Source: Thalia democratica (Eukaryota). From it: a DNA stretch of 64,000 bases. The DNA lies in the NCBI GenBank assembly GCA_965202585.1, contig OZ241831.1:46252001-46316000 (forward strand). The letters are read 5' to 3'. Position 1 is the first letter of the stretch. The number at the start of each line of letters is the position of its first letter. Below, one piece after another: positions 30,962 to 45,700 of the stretch. A program made the translations under genes and the position numbers. Below the pieces are notes generated by a model. It searched no databases. It was not told where the DNA came from and was given only the letters and a program-made list of their open reading frames with translations.

Positions 30962-33900
30962 TTTATCATTCTGATTTAAAGAAGTTTGAAAAAATTAGCT
31001 ATTGTTTTACGCCTTAACTAAATAAATTTAAGTTTCTTTAACAGTGCAATTGTTTACTGCAAATGGAAGAGCTTTTTTACTATTGTTTACTGTTTTGGGA
31101 TTTTATTCAGAATTTTTTAGATCAACTAGATGAAACGAAAAATAATTTATTTAAAATATCCTAAATTTGTTTAAAAAATCTTAATAAATAACATGTTTAC
31201 CTTTTAAACATATTTTCAGGTTAAGTATAGTTCTATTATAAAAATTAAATAAATTTATTGTTTGTTTAGCAAAGTATTCTTAGTTTCAACATGTTATTAA
31301 TCGAAATGTATTTAATTTCATTTGTTTTAATTTGATTATTTAAAAAAAAAACTTAAAAGGTTTTGTTTTAGTAAATATACGTTCAAGAATTAATACAATT
31401 TTGCTTCAATACACTTTTGCTTCAACATTTATGATCTAACTTAGACAAACAAAACTAAATACTAACTTATTTATACAATTTTTTTTCATAAACTCAATAT
31501 TTAGTAATTTGTTTACACTAGAATTATGTTTCTACTTATACACACGCAAAATTATATATTCAAATAAACTTATATGAAGTTTATTTGACCTTGACTTGAT
31601 TAGTGTCTTCAAATGGTTACATTTTAATATTACTTAATTATTAATGTTCGAACTCAAGTTTAAAACAATCAAGTAAATTTTAAAAAGTTTTAACATAAAG
31701 CTTAAATTCAATTTTGTTTAATTATCTAAAAAATTAGCAATAAATACACAAAACGTACTTAATACTCTGTGCAGTAAAACAGTCTTATAAACTTTAATTT
31801 TCTTTGTTATTCAATATACTTAAAATGTTTATCTTGAACGCTTTTAAAAAGAACAATAATTCACATAAAAACATTTTGAAAATAGTATAAAACTTTTGTC
31901 GGAGCTTTACCTAACTAAAAACTTAAAAATTGTATAAAAACCTGTTAGCAAAAAAAAACCACGCATTAATTTATATACTTACTAAAAATCAAGTAGAGCT
32001 AATGATCTTTCAATTATTTGAGAGTTAATGCTTAACTTAGGAACTTTATAGCTACAAATGCTAATATTTGTTTAAATTTCAAAATATGTTTACACTCTTA
32101 AATCACTTTTTAAATTTACAAAACTTTTAAGTACTTAAAAGAGGTATTTTGTAATCCTTGATTTTACTTATTCTTATACCTATAGAACAAGTTATTTTTG
32201 ACTAGTTTGATAAGTTGTTACTTTTATATATAGTTTGTTAATTTTTAATACTTTGAAAAAATTTCTATATTTTTAAAGTAATTAGAAGTGTTTACTACTG
32301 TTTTTGTTTTTTGAAATAAACTTTTTGTAAAAGTTTATTTTACTTAATTTTCATTTTTTATTAATTTTTCTGTTGAAACTTGACAAAAATTGTTTTTTTT
32401 TTGTTATTTAAGATTTTAAATAAATGGTTTTTAAAAATATATTTTTGTTTTAACCGTAAAAATGTTCACATCAATTGAGTTCAAAATATTTTTAATTGTA
32501 AACAAAGCATGCGGTTATAAAAAATTCTGAAAAAGATAAACTAGGCTTATAATTGTTGTTACTTATATCTTTTTTTATAAGTTTTAAAAAGTTACATTTT
32601 TAATTAAATATTTTTTTTATTTTTTTTTTATGAATGCTTTTTATAACGTAATTTAGATTTGCGTATAGTAACTTAAAAAAAAAAACTTTAATTAGTTCAA
32701 AAGATCTATGTTATATTATTATTTTTTTGGCTATTGTTTGTATTTAATCTAGTGTTTGAGGGCCAGATATAGATTGGACGGAAATTGAAAATCTAATTAT
32801 CATATAAAACCTATTAAGAACGTGCAAAGGCACAAAAAGTATTTAGATTTAAAAAAAAGTTGTTAAGTAGTTTAAAACTACTTTATAAGCTAATAATAAA
32901 AATAAAGCTCAAACTTATGATAACTATAAACAAAATTAAAAGTAAATTGAGTCATGTCGAGTTAGTTTAAATATTTTTACAGTTTTAAAGCTGTCTGACA
33001 AATGACAACTTACTAAACCAGTGGTCGGTACGCTACTTCGAATCCGTGAACCCTAATTCACAATATTAAAATTCTGTGCACCCCCATTAGCATTCTTTAG
33101 CGCCGCTAGTGTTCAAGAATACGTAAACACTTTTAATCGATTTATTTACTAATAATTCGGTAACACCCAGTTAACTTTTACACGCCAATTTTAAATTGTC
33201 CACTTTACCCTTTCCATTTTAATAAACTTATATCGATGATCTAATTTTTACAACAATACAACTTGTATCAACCAGGTCTAAAATACTAACTAGATTAATT
33301 TAATACATTGCCACAACCCCAATTAACAATCAGTAGTCTTGGTACTCTTTATTGAATGGTAAATTTAAATATTTAGTTAGTTAACTTAATGATTTTTTAT
33401 TAAGCGATTACTATCTGTGTTTAACAAATGTATTGCCACGAACAAATAATAAAAACAAAAATTACATTAAAAAGTAAAGAAAAAAAGACATAAAAAATTA
33501 TCACAGCTATATTCGTTTGTTGATCTGGAACTGTCTGTGTTGGTCTTGTTGCTAGCACGAGTCTGATCAAGCCAAAATTTTAGGTTTTAAACTTAATGCT
33601 TAATAACAATTCAGGTCTTAATAAGGTTTATTGAACAAAATCGCTCACAAATTTTTTTTGGTTAAAGGACCTGAATACACAAAAAGACCTCTCGGTCATC
33701 GATTTGCATACCCAACTTTAATCAAAATTATAATGAGCTAAAATATTATTAAAAAAACTTTACAGTCCGAATTTTAAGTCTAAAACAAAAACGATATGAA
33801 AAATGAGACTATTAAACTTTAAAACATTAAATATTTATTAAAACAAAAACATCCATAAAAAAAATTATACAATAGTATCTAACATTATACACACATAAAA

Positions 33901-36687
33901 TATATATTGAACTCTGCGTTAAAATTTCAACCTGAAATGTTTTTAAATTTAAAATTTATCAATAATTTAACCTTTTATATGTCTTAAAAATTATATATAT
34001 TTTTAGTTTTAAAAAGGATCAAAAATCAAAACCAGGCTCAAGCTCAGAAAAAAATTTTTAAGCTAAAATTGGTTTTTTAAAAATCCTTACTAGTCTGAGT
34101 TTAGATAAAGTATCATAAAACCTTTAAACTATATATATTTTTAAATTTAAATAATAAAAATACTGAAAATATGTCAATTAAAAGTATTTTTTCTTTCAAA
34201 ATATTCAAATAAAGTAAAACAACTGAAGAAATGTAGAACATTTTGAAACATTTAAAAATTAAACTGTTTCTAAATTATCACAACTAAAACAGAAAAAACT
34301 AGCTTAATATTTTACAAATAATACATTTTTAGTTGTGAATATAGTTGAAACTACAATAAAGAAATTCATAATGAAATAAAAAACATTGGAATAAGATTTC
34401 AAAAAATTATTAAACACCAGGGCTAGATTTAACTTCAATATTTAACTATGTCGCTCAAACTAAATAAATTTGATAAAAAGACAAAAAAAAAGTTTTGTGT
34501 AATCTCAAAATTTCGTGCACCCCTAAATGACTTTCGTGTACCCTAAAAATTTCGTGCACCCCAAAAATAAAATTCAAGTGCACCAGTGTACACCAGGGGC
34601 GTAGCGTGGTGAGGGACGCTGGCGCATGCGTGCCACCAAAAAAAAATGCAATATCTTTATCCTTTATTTTTTCTGCTTAATTTGCCTTTTTTCAACTATG
34701 TTTTTCTAGTACTTGAAAAGTAAAACGAAATTTCGAATACCAATTAGTGACAAGTTAGGGAAATTACCCAGTATACTGATTCGGTGCGTAATTGCAAATC
34801 CGCACCGATGTTGACGAAAAACTCCATAAGAAAACATTTTATAAGTTTATTAACTTCATAAGAATTTAGACTCAAACAGTACGCAACTAGTTAGTGCACC
34901 GCATTAGTATAACCTTATGACAGATTTTTTAAAAGGACAAATGCTAACATTTTGTTAACAAACCATAAAGCTAAACCTGTTTTATAGTGATAATGATTCA
35001 AGAATATACAAATTGTAGTAAAAATAGCAATAAACAACTGCTAATAAAATAAAAATAAATTGATAACAAGAATAAAAAATATTAACATCATAATTTAAAA
35101 GAAAAATAACAAATAACAGAAAATAAATAAAATAATAAATTAAAGTAAATAATAAACAAACAGTTCATACTGTGATTACAGTTTTAATCTTACTATACAA
35201 AAAGTATTGTTTAAATTATCTAAACTTAAAATTTTTATTAAAAGTAGTTTCTTTTTTTATTAAGATAAGAAACAAATCAAACTTAGTTATTTTATCAGCC
35301 ATAAAGTTTAAAAATTAAACAATTTTTGTAGCAAGTTATTTAAAAATTTTTTTAGTTACATCATGAACTAATTTATAGCAACTTGTAAACCAAATTTTTA
35401 CAATCAATTTTTATTCTAAAAGACATAATAGATTAATTATAAATTTATTTAGTTTCAAATCAATTTTTAAATGGTATTAAAAAAAAAATCTTTCTACCAA
35501 CTATTTGTAGTATTTAAAAAATGCTATTCCATAAAGATCTTAGAAAAACTGATTTTAAGATAAGTGAAAAGTTATATTTCTTGTGAATTTTTAAAAGCAT
35601 TAAAAAAGTTGACCTTAAAAAATCTATCTTTTAAACATTTTGTATCTAAAACATTTAGTAAAATCTTTCCATACACTCAGGATTTTATGAAGTTTTGGAA
35701 AACTTTAGTATGTCTCAGTAAAAATCAGGATAACTCAGAATGTTTTAAGTATTTTTAAGCTCAGGCTGACTAAGGATATATTTGTTTTTTTTTAACTCAG
35801 GGTAGATTTAGTGGTTTAAAAAGCTTTGTTATAAATCCTAATTTCTATAAGTTTAAAAACAATAAAAAATTCTCCAAAAGAATTTAAAATGCTTATGATG
35901 ACACATGACATAAAAAACTACCTCAGGACAGTTATTTTGACTCAAAGAGTGGCAAGGCAATCCTGATATCTTCAAAGTTAAATGTTTTTTTTTTGTGAAA
36001 TATATTTTATTATACTAAAGAAAAAGTAAACACTTGTTTTTATCAATTTTTAGTATATTATTTTAAAAATATGCAAAGTGATATTGTATGGAATGTTGCA
36101 TTTCTATGATTTTTTCTAAGTTTGTTTTTAATAAATATTTAGTAATATTATTTGGTATGTTTGAAATTGATTTTAAAATACTTCTATTTTTATTTTATTA
36201 AACTATAGAAAGACACAAGAAAATAAAATTAATAATTTTTTGTTAGAATCGAAAAACCTGATGTTAAAAATAAAATGACGACTTTATACTTTGGATTTTG
36301 GAACTTTATAGCAAAATTCACCAAGCTTCATTAAAAAGTACTTCCTAAAAACAAAAAGTTTAAAAGTTAGTTTGAAATTCGTTTTGGTAGATAGAACAAA
36401 ACAAAATTTAACTAATAAAACATCGCTTACATAATAATCTAAAGTGGAAAGTAATAAAAAACATATAAAAGTTTTGCAAAACAAATTAAAAGTTCCGAAT
36501 TTTTTTTTTCAATCGAACTTTTAGAGGAATGACAGAAACTTTCAAGAATGTTTGGATGAAAAACTGATTGAAAAAAATCTTATTTTAAATTTACACAATA
36601 GAACGAAGGTGTAAAGTTTGCGATGACGTAGTTGAGCGGAAATGTTGCTTCACAACATGTTTTGTGACGTCACAAATGATTATGACA

Positions 36688-36756
36688 TCACAGATGTCCT
36701 TTGGAGAAGGAAACTCTCAGGTGGCTTCGGTCGCTCAACTTGTAATTGTGGAGTTT
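36688..36756 (-). CDS. PTBP1: PTBP last coding exon ([22 protein letters not shown]), end of RRM4
   Basis: aaacag acceptor, in-frame TGA, matches the PTB C-terminus HLRVSFSK. Confidence 0.93.
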   Translation of the reverse strand, partial: KLHNYKLSDRSHLRVSFSKGHL

Positions 36757-39700
36757 CTGTTTAATTTTATTTCTTTTCCATTATTCAAATTAAATTAGTT
36801 TTATTTTATCGCATTAAAATAACATTCATTATACTACAAACTAGAGTGGTTAGTTAAAGAGAAATATGTTATAACAAAATATTTATGTGTATACAAAAAT
36901 GTAGACTTTTAGAAACCAAAACTAAACTTTTACTTAATTATTTGTATTTTAAAGTTTTCAATTAATCTAATTAATTGTGCACTGGAAATTATTTGAGTAA
37001 TTTTTGTTAAAAATTGTGTTATGCCAAAAATTCATTATTATTATTATTATTTTTAAATATTTTGACAAATATTTAGCATACCTAGTATAAAAGAGACAGT
37101 TAAATAATATTAATAGTATTTTGGAGAATAATATTAGAATATAACTTTATACTTAAAAATATAATACTTAAAATTATAAAACCAATGATTAAGAGTTTAA
37201 GTAAAAAGCTATAGAATTATTAATAAATATAAAATATGAACATTTTTAAAAACAATATTTGCTATGAGTATAAAAAAACTTAGCTTGCTAGTTATACTAA
37301 ACTACTACAACTTACTATAAAAGTTATGAAATTTGGCTAAGTAAATTGTTATGTAAGATAAAACTATTGCTTTGGACATTTATTTTCAAAATATTATGTT
37401 AAACTGATCCAATCCTGATTTGTTAAACTAATCTAAAACCTACAACAGTTTTTACATTATACAGTTTAATTAATTTCTTTAATCTATTCTACTCAAGTCC
37501 GACGTTAGTTAAAATTAAACTTTCTTTATAAACATAAGTATACTTATATTACCAGTTAAACAGCTGTTTATCTAATCTAAATTCTTTTTACTTTACTATA
37601 TTAAAACTAACATCAAGATTATTATTTCCTATCTGTTAGTTTAATACAAAGTTAGCAAGATTAAACCTTAAGTTGATTTTATAGAGCTTTTATTACTAAA
37701 ATAACAAATTTTTAAAAATCTAATCCCAACTAATCAACTACATTCGTTTGTTTTTTTATTTATTTTTTTATTATTTAAACTTACAACAAGACACTGCAAG
37801 GCTTCATCAGTGTTCAACATTTTAATAAGAGCCATTTTTCTGTCTTTCCTATAAAAAATAATGATGTATTAAATTCTACATATACAAACTTGCTACTTTT
37901 TAGCAAGTAAGGGTATTACTTGCAAAAAAAAAACTTAAATCTATTATATATCAATAAAACTAACTGAAAGAATTTAAAAAACCTTATTCATGGAATAATT
38001 TTGTTGGACATTATTTTAAATTTTCTATTTTATATTAATAAAACTAACTGAAAGAATTTAAATCCTCCAACAGAGCCATGTTCATTGAACAATTTTGTCA
38101 AATATTCTTCAGAGACGTCGGGCCTAAAATTATTTTATGTTGAAAACAAAAATTCGTATATTATAGAAACTTAAGATACATAACTAAACAATTTTACATT
38201 AGTTATTTTGACTGGTGTAAAACGTTTTATTTATTTTTCTAGACTATTAATAATGCAAAATTACCTGTATAGTTTAAGAACTTAATCTTATTATTTAAAA
38301 ACCTACTTTCCATCATGTAAAAAAACTTAAAACGTTATATGAAATTGATTTTGACTTATTGATGTTAGATTTTTAAAACATTATCTGATATTAAATCAAT
38401 AACTTAATGTGAATTTTTGTCACAAATGTACTGTGAAATTTTTTAACTATAATATAAAAAAAATAAAAAATATTTAAATTTTATAAATAATCTCTTTAGC
38501 TTAATCTTTATAATCTTAAATATTTCTTTACTAAATACTAATTAACAGTGATTATTATACATTTTGTTATAACTACAAACCTACTAAATTTATAACTCTA
38601 AAAATTGTAAAAAGCATATACGGTAATACTTCAACGGAAGAAAAGAAAACAAAAATAAAAAAGTTTATACTTTTAAACCTTTTTAATGCAAATATATTTT
38701 TCTAAAAGCATTTCTAAATTTATTAAAAGCTACTATATTTTTAAACGAAGCGTTATATTTAATTCATATATCAAATACTCTTAATTTATTTATTTAACAT
38801 TAGGAACATTTGATAGAAGTGGTGCGAAAATTTTTAACAACAAATACTCATTATTTTCTAATGTAAACTTTTACATACGGGATGTTTGATAGATGCAGAA
38901 CACTGCTCGGCGCGAAAATATTCTGAAAGTTTTTCGATCCAGGCTTCTTGAAACGGTGCAGTGGCGATCCTGTGTAATCCTGAATAAATAGCTGTAATTA
39001 ATATACAAGAACAAATAACTACAGATAATAAATTAACAAGCGTTCCTTAATAGATATTTAAAACTACTTAACAGGTATTAATATTTAAAAATATTGTAAA
39101 AAAAAGATTGTTAACAAAAATTAAATAGCTATGAATAATAAATTAATTTAATAAGATACCCTAAATAAATGTTTACAACTTATGAAAAAAAAAACAGTTT
39201 TAATTAATTGACGAAATCAACAAGTTGCTGAAAACTAGTTAAAAGTTTGTTTAAAAGTTTGTAAAAAATAACTATTTTCGGTAAATCTACAAGCTGAAGT
39301 AAGTTGGTATGCAAGAATTTTAAACAACTATTTCGAATAGTTATAGCATGAAAAAATATACATAACAAGTAGTTTAAACCTTGTAAAATTTATTAAAAAA
39401 TGTTAACCTACTTAAAACAGCTTTTTTAACCTGCTAGTGAAAATAAGTTAAAAAAAATTTGAGATGTTTTTAGAATTTACTTCTACAGAACATCAATTAA
39501 AACACTGTACACATGAAAAAACTTTGTTAACACAATTAAAATAAGTGAAATTAACAAAAACAAATTAAGCAATTTTAGTAAGACGTAACTGAAAGCTTTA
39601 CTGAAACTACTGTAAAAAATTTACATTGAAGAAAAAAAAGGCATAGCTAAGTTTAAGTTCAAACATAGCTAAAACATATTTATAACAGGGAAAACATTAC

Positions 39701-42700
39701 AAATGTAAAAAGGTATTTGTTTTTAACAAAACTATGTACTTTTTATAATCAAACAAGCAAAATACTTGCTGTACAATCGATACTTTCATAAATACAAAAA
39801 AAAAAGCACAAACTCGATAATCAATACTCACAAAAATTGAATATTCCAAAGTTAATGGGTTTATAATAATGTGATATGAACTGGAAATATTTTTAAAGTA
39901 ACTTCTTTTCCGAGTATTTATATGTACACTCAGCTTTAGTAAGTCAAACAGGTCAAAGTTAGGCATTTTATTAAATTTATTAATTTCATAAAATCAATAT
40001 AATGTTGACACCTTCAGGAAAGGCAATATAATAAAACACATATTGAAGTTTTTGAATGATATTTAAAAAAAGTGTGTGTTTTAAAAGGAATTTTATGTAA
40101 AAACACTTCTTAATTGAAAAGAAAAAACGATTAATTTTGGCTTAATACTTTAATAGCTACATATTAGAAAAACAAAACTTGTAATTAATTGCGGATTTTA
40201 AATAAATCTTTTATATGATTGAATTTGTGTACATTTAAAACTTAATTAAAATAATATACACGCAACTTCATTACAAACCACATAAACAAACATTTTTAAT
40301 GAAGTATTCGATCACGAGTAGATACCAACATAAAAGTGGTTTTATATTTTACAAGCAAACTAAATATGTAGATTTAAAATTAAATTTCAAGGCTGAAAAT
40401 CTTGATACACATTTAAACTTGAAATTAAAAAAAAAACTGTTGAATTAATTGTACAATGTTTTGTTGATTTTACTAATAAAAAAAAAGTTACTTTTAAAAG
40501 CTACGTATTTCGTATCTTTTTTAAATATATACTTGTACACATAATTGAGAAATATAATTATTTTATGTCTACAAAGATATAATATACATATTAAGTTTAG
40601 TTTATATACTTGATACTTAATTATTTTTAAATGTACAAACTAATTAAAAAATAATCATGTACCAGTATATTAAATGGTTCTTACATTTTAACCATGGTTA
40701 ACTTCACACTCAATAAAAATCTTTTAAATGAACACGATTATTTTTTCCTGAGTCGTACAAAAAACTGACTTAAATATAAGTACGTGTCTGTAACTTTGAT
40801 ATGCATATATCAGGGGTCGGCAAATGGTTCCGCTGGTATGTATTTAGTTCCAACTAATCCAATGTAATTTTGTCAATTAAAAAACGGTTTTCTTTTAAAG
40901 TTAATCTATTGCTTAAATACTTTTTATTCAAAAAAGTTAGCAAAAAAGGTGTTATTTTAAACAAATAAAATTCGTTCCTTTTTCGACATTCCGACCCCTA
41001 GTATATACATATATACCATATCTATTCTTAGAGCTTTTTGAGACTCCGTAGATCTGTTCTTAAATTTATTTGAGAGCAGTGAAACGCCGTTAGTTGAAAT
41101 AAAGTTTTAGCACAAGAACATCTGTGGCATATACCATAAGATATATTATATATTTTTTATTATTTTTTGTCTGACTTTAGTTAATTTAATTAAACACATT
41201 TTAGCTTATTTTCACTTACCATAGTCAACTTATGTTGATCCATGCCCTCTTTAGGAAGTTGCACCTGGTTGTGTTTAGACACCACAATGTTCAGCTGTCG
41301 ACCGAAAAACTTCACCCCGTGCAAATTGTTGCGTACTGTTTAGTAAAAAATGTGTTTCAATAAAGTTATAAATTAATAAAAAAACTTGACCTCATGCAAA
41401 TTTTTGCATACTGTTAAAAAAAGATATTGTATAGTTGTTTTTTTTTTATACTTCAAAAAGTAAATATTCACTTCACAAAAATGTTGGTATGTACTATAAA
41501 TCTATAGTTTGTCAGAATAAAAATCACCTAATGTAAATTGTTGTGGAATTGTCCAGATAAATAATAATATTTTAAATAAAAAAAAACATGAAAGTTGTTG
41601 CGTAGTTTAAAGTAAAAATTTCATCTCGTGTGGTTATTTTTGAATTGGAAACAATAAAAAGTGTGTTCCAATAAAGTATAAAGTAGCTTAAAAATTAAAC
41701 TTTTGTCAAAAGCTATTAAGTACTTAAAATAACAAAACTAAATACACTTCAATTTTAAAAGGTTGGACTTTGTTCAAAGTATCATAACCACAACTTAACT
41801 TTAAAAACAATTTTAAAGACAATAAACAATAAAATAAAACAATTTTGCATGCTTTAAACTAAAAAAAGTATTTACATCATTTACAACCAAACTTACCAAT
41901 TAAATAACCTAAACATTGAATTATTTAAGAATTGATAAACATTGAAAAACTTAACCACTAACTTAAATAAACAATGTCTAACTTTTTATTTTTATAAAAT
42001 GTTTGGTAATTTTTTTTTTGAAAAAATATATTTATAACTAGTCTTTTAAGAAATTAAAATAAACATTTAATGATAAAAATAAATTTAAATGTGATTTTTT
42101 TATAGATTTTTTACTTTTTTTAAATAATTTTAAGTTTTCTTTAAGCAAATTTTTAGTTTATAGCTTCCAAATATACTAGATTTTTATTTGTTTTTTTAAA
42201 GATACATACAATTCAAATCAATTATGTTTCTAAAGTCTTACAATAATTTATTTTAGTCTAATGATTTTCAAAAATTATTACAACTTATTTTTACTAGGTC
42301 TTTTTAAAAACAATACTTTTATAAAAGATTTAAGGCACCTTATAGTTTTGTGAAATATTATTTGTATTATTTATTCTATTATCAATTTAATTAACCTTGT
42401 TGAGCTTGGTTAGAATCAACCATTTGGATCAGAGCACTGGTTTTCTTTTGAAATAAAATTTTCACTCTTATCACATCTCCGTATATACCTGAATATTTTT
42501 TTTATATAAAAGAATTATATAAGTATTTATACTTTTATATATAAATTTGTTGAAGTCTAAATTTAAGTAGCCTAAAATAGAAATCTTAACAAACTATATG
42601 AACTAATAAAGTTATATATTCAAAAAATACATACTTTCCTATGCAAAACTATATAAACATATTTTTTTAAATAGTAACTTTCTATACAAAAAATTGTGTA

Positions 42701-45700
42701 TAAATTCAAAACATGAAGTAACTACATTTTTTAATAACTATAAAACATAAAAGTTTGTTCTTTGTTATAAATTAAAATTATACTCATAAACTTTTACTTA
42801 TGAAAAATTGTTATTTGAAATGAAAACTCATCAAGTTAGAGTTTGAAATACGAATGTGAAAAAATGAACAACTTAAATTCATACTTTTAATTATGTAACC
42901 TAAAAACTTGTTTTAAAAACAAGTATTTCGAGTAATTTCACTATTTTCAAAGTAATTAAACTTCAAATAAATCATTTAAAAATATATTTACACAAGCAAA
43001 TTAAAAATAACAGAAGTTTACATTAATATAAACTCAAACAAAGATTACTTTTAACGACTTCAATTCATTGTTTTACATTTTACTAAAACTGTTTTATACT
43101 TACAAAATAAAAATGACTTTTAAGTTAATAATAAAACTCAAAATAGTTATTACTTTTAACGACGTTAGACTTATTGTTCTAATAAAAATTTAAAGTCAAA
43201 ACTTAATGACTGACTACAAACATGCAATTAAAAGTCGTAAGAAAATAAAACATAAAAATAAACGTCGCAAACCGAAAGTACGAATTACTTCGAAATTGGC
43301 CTCAAATTAAAAGGCGAGTGGTAATTTTCTTCGAAGCAATTTGTAGTGGGTAGTGTTACACATAAACGTGAAATATTACAAACAAAAAAAATTGACAAAA
43401 TTGAACCGGAAAAACTTGAAACACAATAAGCCCGCCTGTCTTGCATTCTTACATTAAAAATTTTTAATAAAAAAAAAAATATCTGCACTTGTTTTGAAAT
43501 TTTGTTCGCTTCAAGTGATCACTAAAGAAAATTTTATTTTTACTCGGTAAAAAGGATTGGCTTTAAATGCTGTTTCTTGTGCAAATGAAAAGGTCGCATA
43601 AGAGGTGAGAATTTTCAGGGTCTTGTGTTGAGAAGGGCGTTAAAATGGCATTTAAACAGTTTTTATCGTGTTTTGTGAAAATTTTAATGGCACTTTTACG
43701 CACTGTTGGCTGGCATTTAATAGTAAATATTTGCAAAATAATATAAACTTTGCGTGTTTTGAAAACACAAAACATTTAGCATGCTTTTAAATGTTAGATG
43801 TTCATGAGAAATTAAACTAGAAATATGCATTTCTGAAGCTTTTACAAAATATATTAAATAAGTTTAGTTTACAAACATAAATTATTTTTTGAAATATATT
43901 TTAAACTTTAACACATTTTAGAAAGTAGAAAAAGAAGTTTTTTAAAGTTGCACATTTAAAATAAAATACATGTAAGGCAATTTAAAAGCAAATTTCACAA
44001 TTTATAACTAAAAACAAGGTTGTCAAAAGTTTTTTGAAAAAAAAATTCAGGTTTTTTAGTACCATTTTTGTATCCGTTATTTGTGTAAAATTAAATTTAA
44101 AGTAAAAATTGCTTTAAATAGCATAAAAATATTAAAAATATAATTCAATGCTACTTTAACTGTATTTTTTGATAAATAAAGTATCAAATAATACAAAAAA
44201 ATATCGCATACGATAAGTTTTTTATACCTAATAAAAAATTAACAACTTTACATTGAAAGTTATTTCAGGTTTTTTGCAACCCTGTAAAAACCTGTAAACA
44301 AAAGCAAAATTTTGTAAGTAAGTATATGTAGCAGCATGGGTTAGAAGCAAGTAAGATGAAGTAGAAATAATAGCAGTTTGAAATAAAAATAAAGTTGAAA
44401 CATACCGAAAAGCATAAACAGTTGCTCTGGGGTTTTTACCTTCTGCGAAAGTTGTCCAAAAAAATCCGAGAATTTTCAGAAATATTTGAAGTTTTCCAAG
44501 AAATAGGCAGAGAACACCAGAAAAGAAATTGAAATTAAAAACAAGAAAAAGCTTTTAGTAAATAAAAGTTAAACACCATTATTAAATCATTTTAAGTAAT
44601 TTTCTGAAGGGTGTAAGATTTTAAAGGTAAAGTTTTAAGGAAACAGTAAGAAAAAGTACTTTTTTTGTAAAAGAAAGATTTAAAACAAACACTAATTATT
44701 TATTACTTTTTATTTCTAATTTCATTTTTTAGACAACAAAAATTAAGACAAATAAAAGTTTTAAATGTTTAAACGGTACTAACCTGTTCATTTAGATTGG
44801 AAACGTGTAAAACGTTGTTGTTAGGGATACTAATACCGTAGTTCATATTAATATTTGTTGAATTCAGCGAGCTTGCAAACAACCCCTGGTTGGCAAGACC
44901 TCCCAAACCTGTTTGTAAAAATACTTAGTTTTTTAATATGTTATAATAAATAATTTTTTTTTTATATTAAGAGTTTTTAATTATATTTTTAAAATTAAAT
45001 TAAATTATTGCTAAAGTTTAACAGGTATAGTTTCAAAAAACAATAATTAATTCACTAATTTTCATACCTGTTAAAAAAAAAGTTTTTAAGGATATAACTA
45101 TTTGTTGTAACTAGAAAAAATTACTCAATTTACTGCATAGTAAAGAGTTTCTTAAATATAAAAAGTTGAATTGCACATTTATCATCAAGTTTTTAAAGAT
45201 ATGGCAAAAATAAAATAAACTAAATTCATAAAATAAAAATAGCTTAGTAAATAAATTTCAAACTCACTTTTTGCTAAACTTTAGTATAACAAATATAGTT
45301 TTAAAGAACAATAATCAAAAAAATACATTTTCATACGCTTATTTAACTACATTTTTCAGAAAACAAAATATAGTTATTTATAAATAAAGACTTCTTAAAA
45401 TTTTGAAATTTTAATTTATATATATAAAATCACTTGTTGAATAATTTTGAGCTTAATTTTAATTGACAATTGTTCACCACATTTTCAGTATAAATACGTT
45501 TTAAAATATTTATATTTAGCAAATCATCTAGGCTAAAAGCTTTTTAAAAAAATTTCAAGCTTGATTGTGCTTTACGCATATAAACTAGTTTATGCTAAAT
45601 ACTTAAAAGTTAAGTTTTCTTACAAAATCAAACGGTTAATAGCTGGAGATATTGATTTTATTTTACTCTGGGGAGCAGAAAATCTTTAAACTTGCGCACA

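Noticed and set aside
33020-34640. GC-rich patches with gtgcaccc repeats and a CAGGGGCGTAGCG start (33020-33115, 34511-34640)
   Set aside because: Probably MITE fragments, but I could not pair termini or find a TSD.
34781-34808. 8-bp GC hairpin tcggtgcg...cgcaccga as a Helitron 3' end
   Set aside because: No convincing CTRR terminus at an A-T junction at the expected distance.
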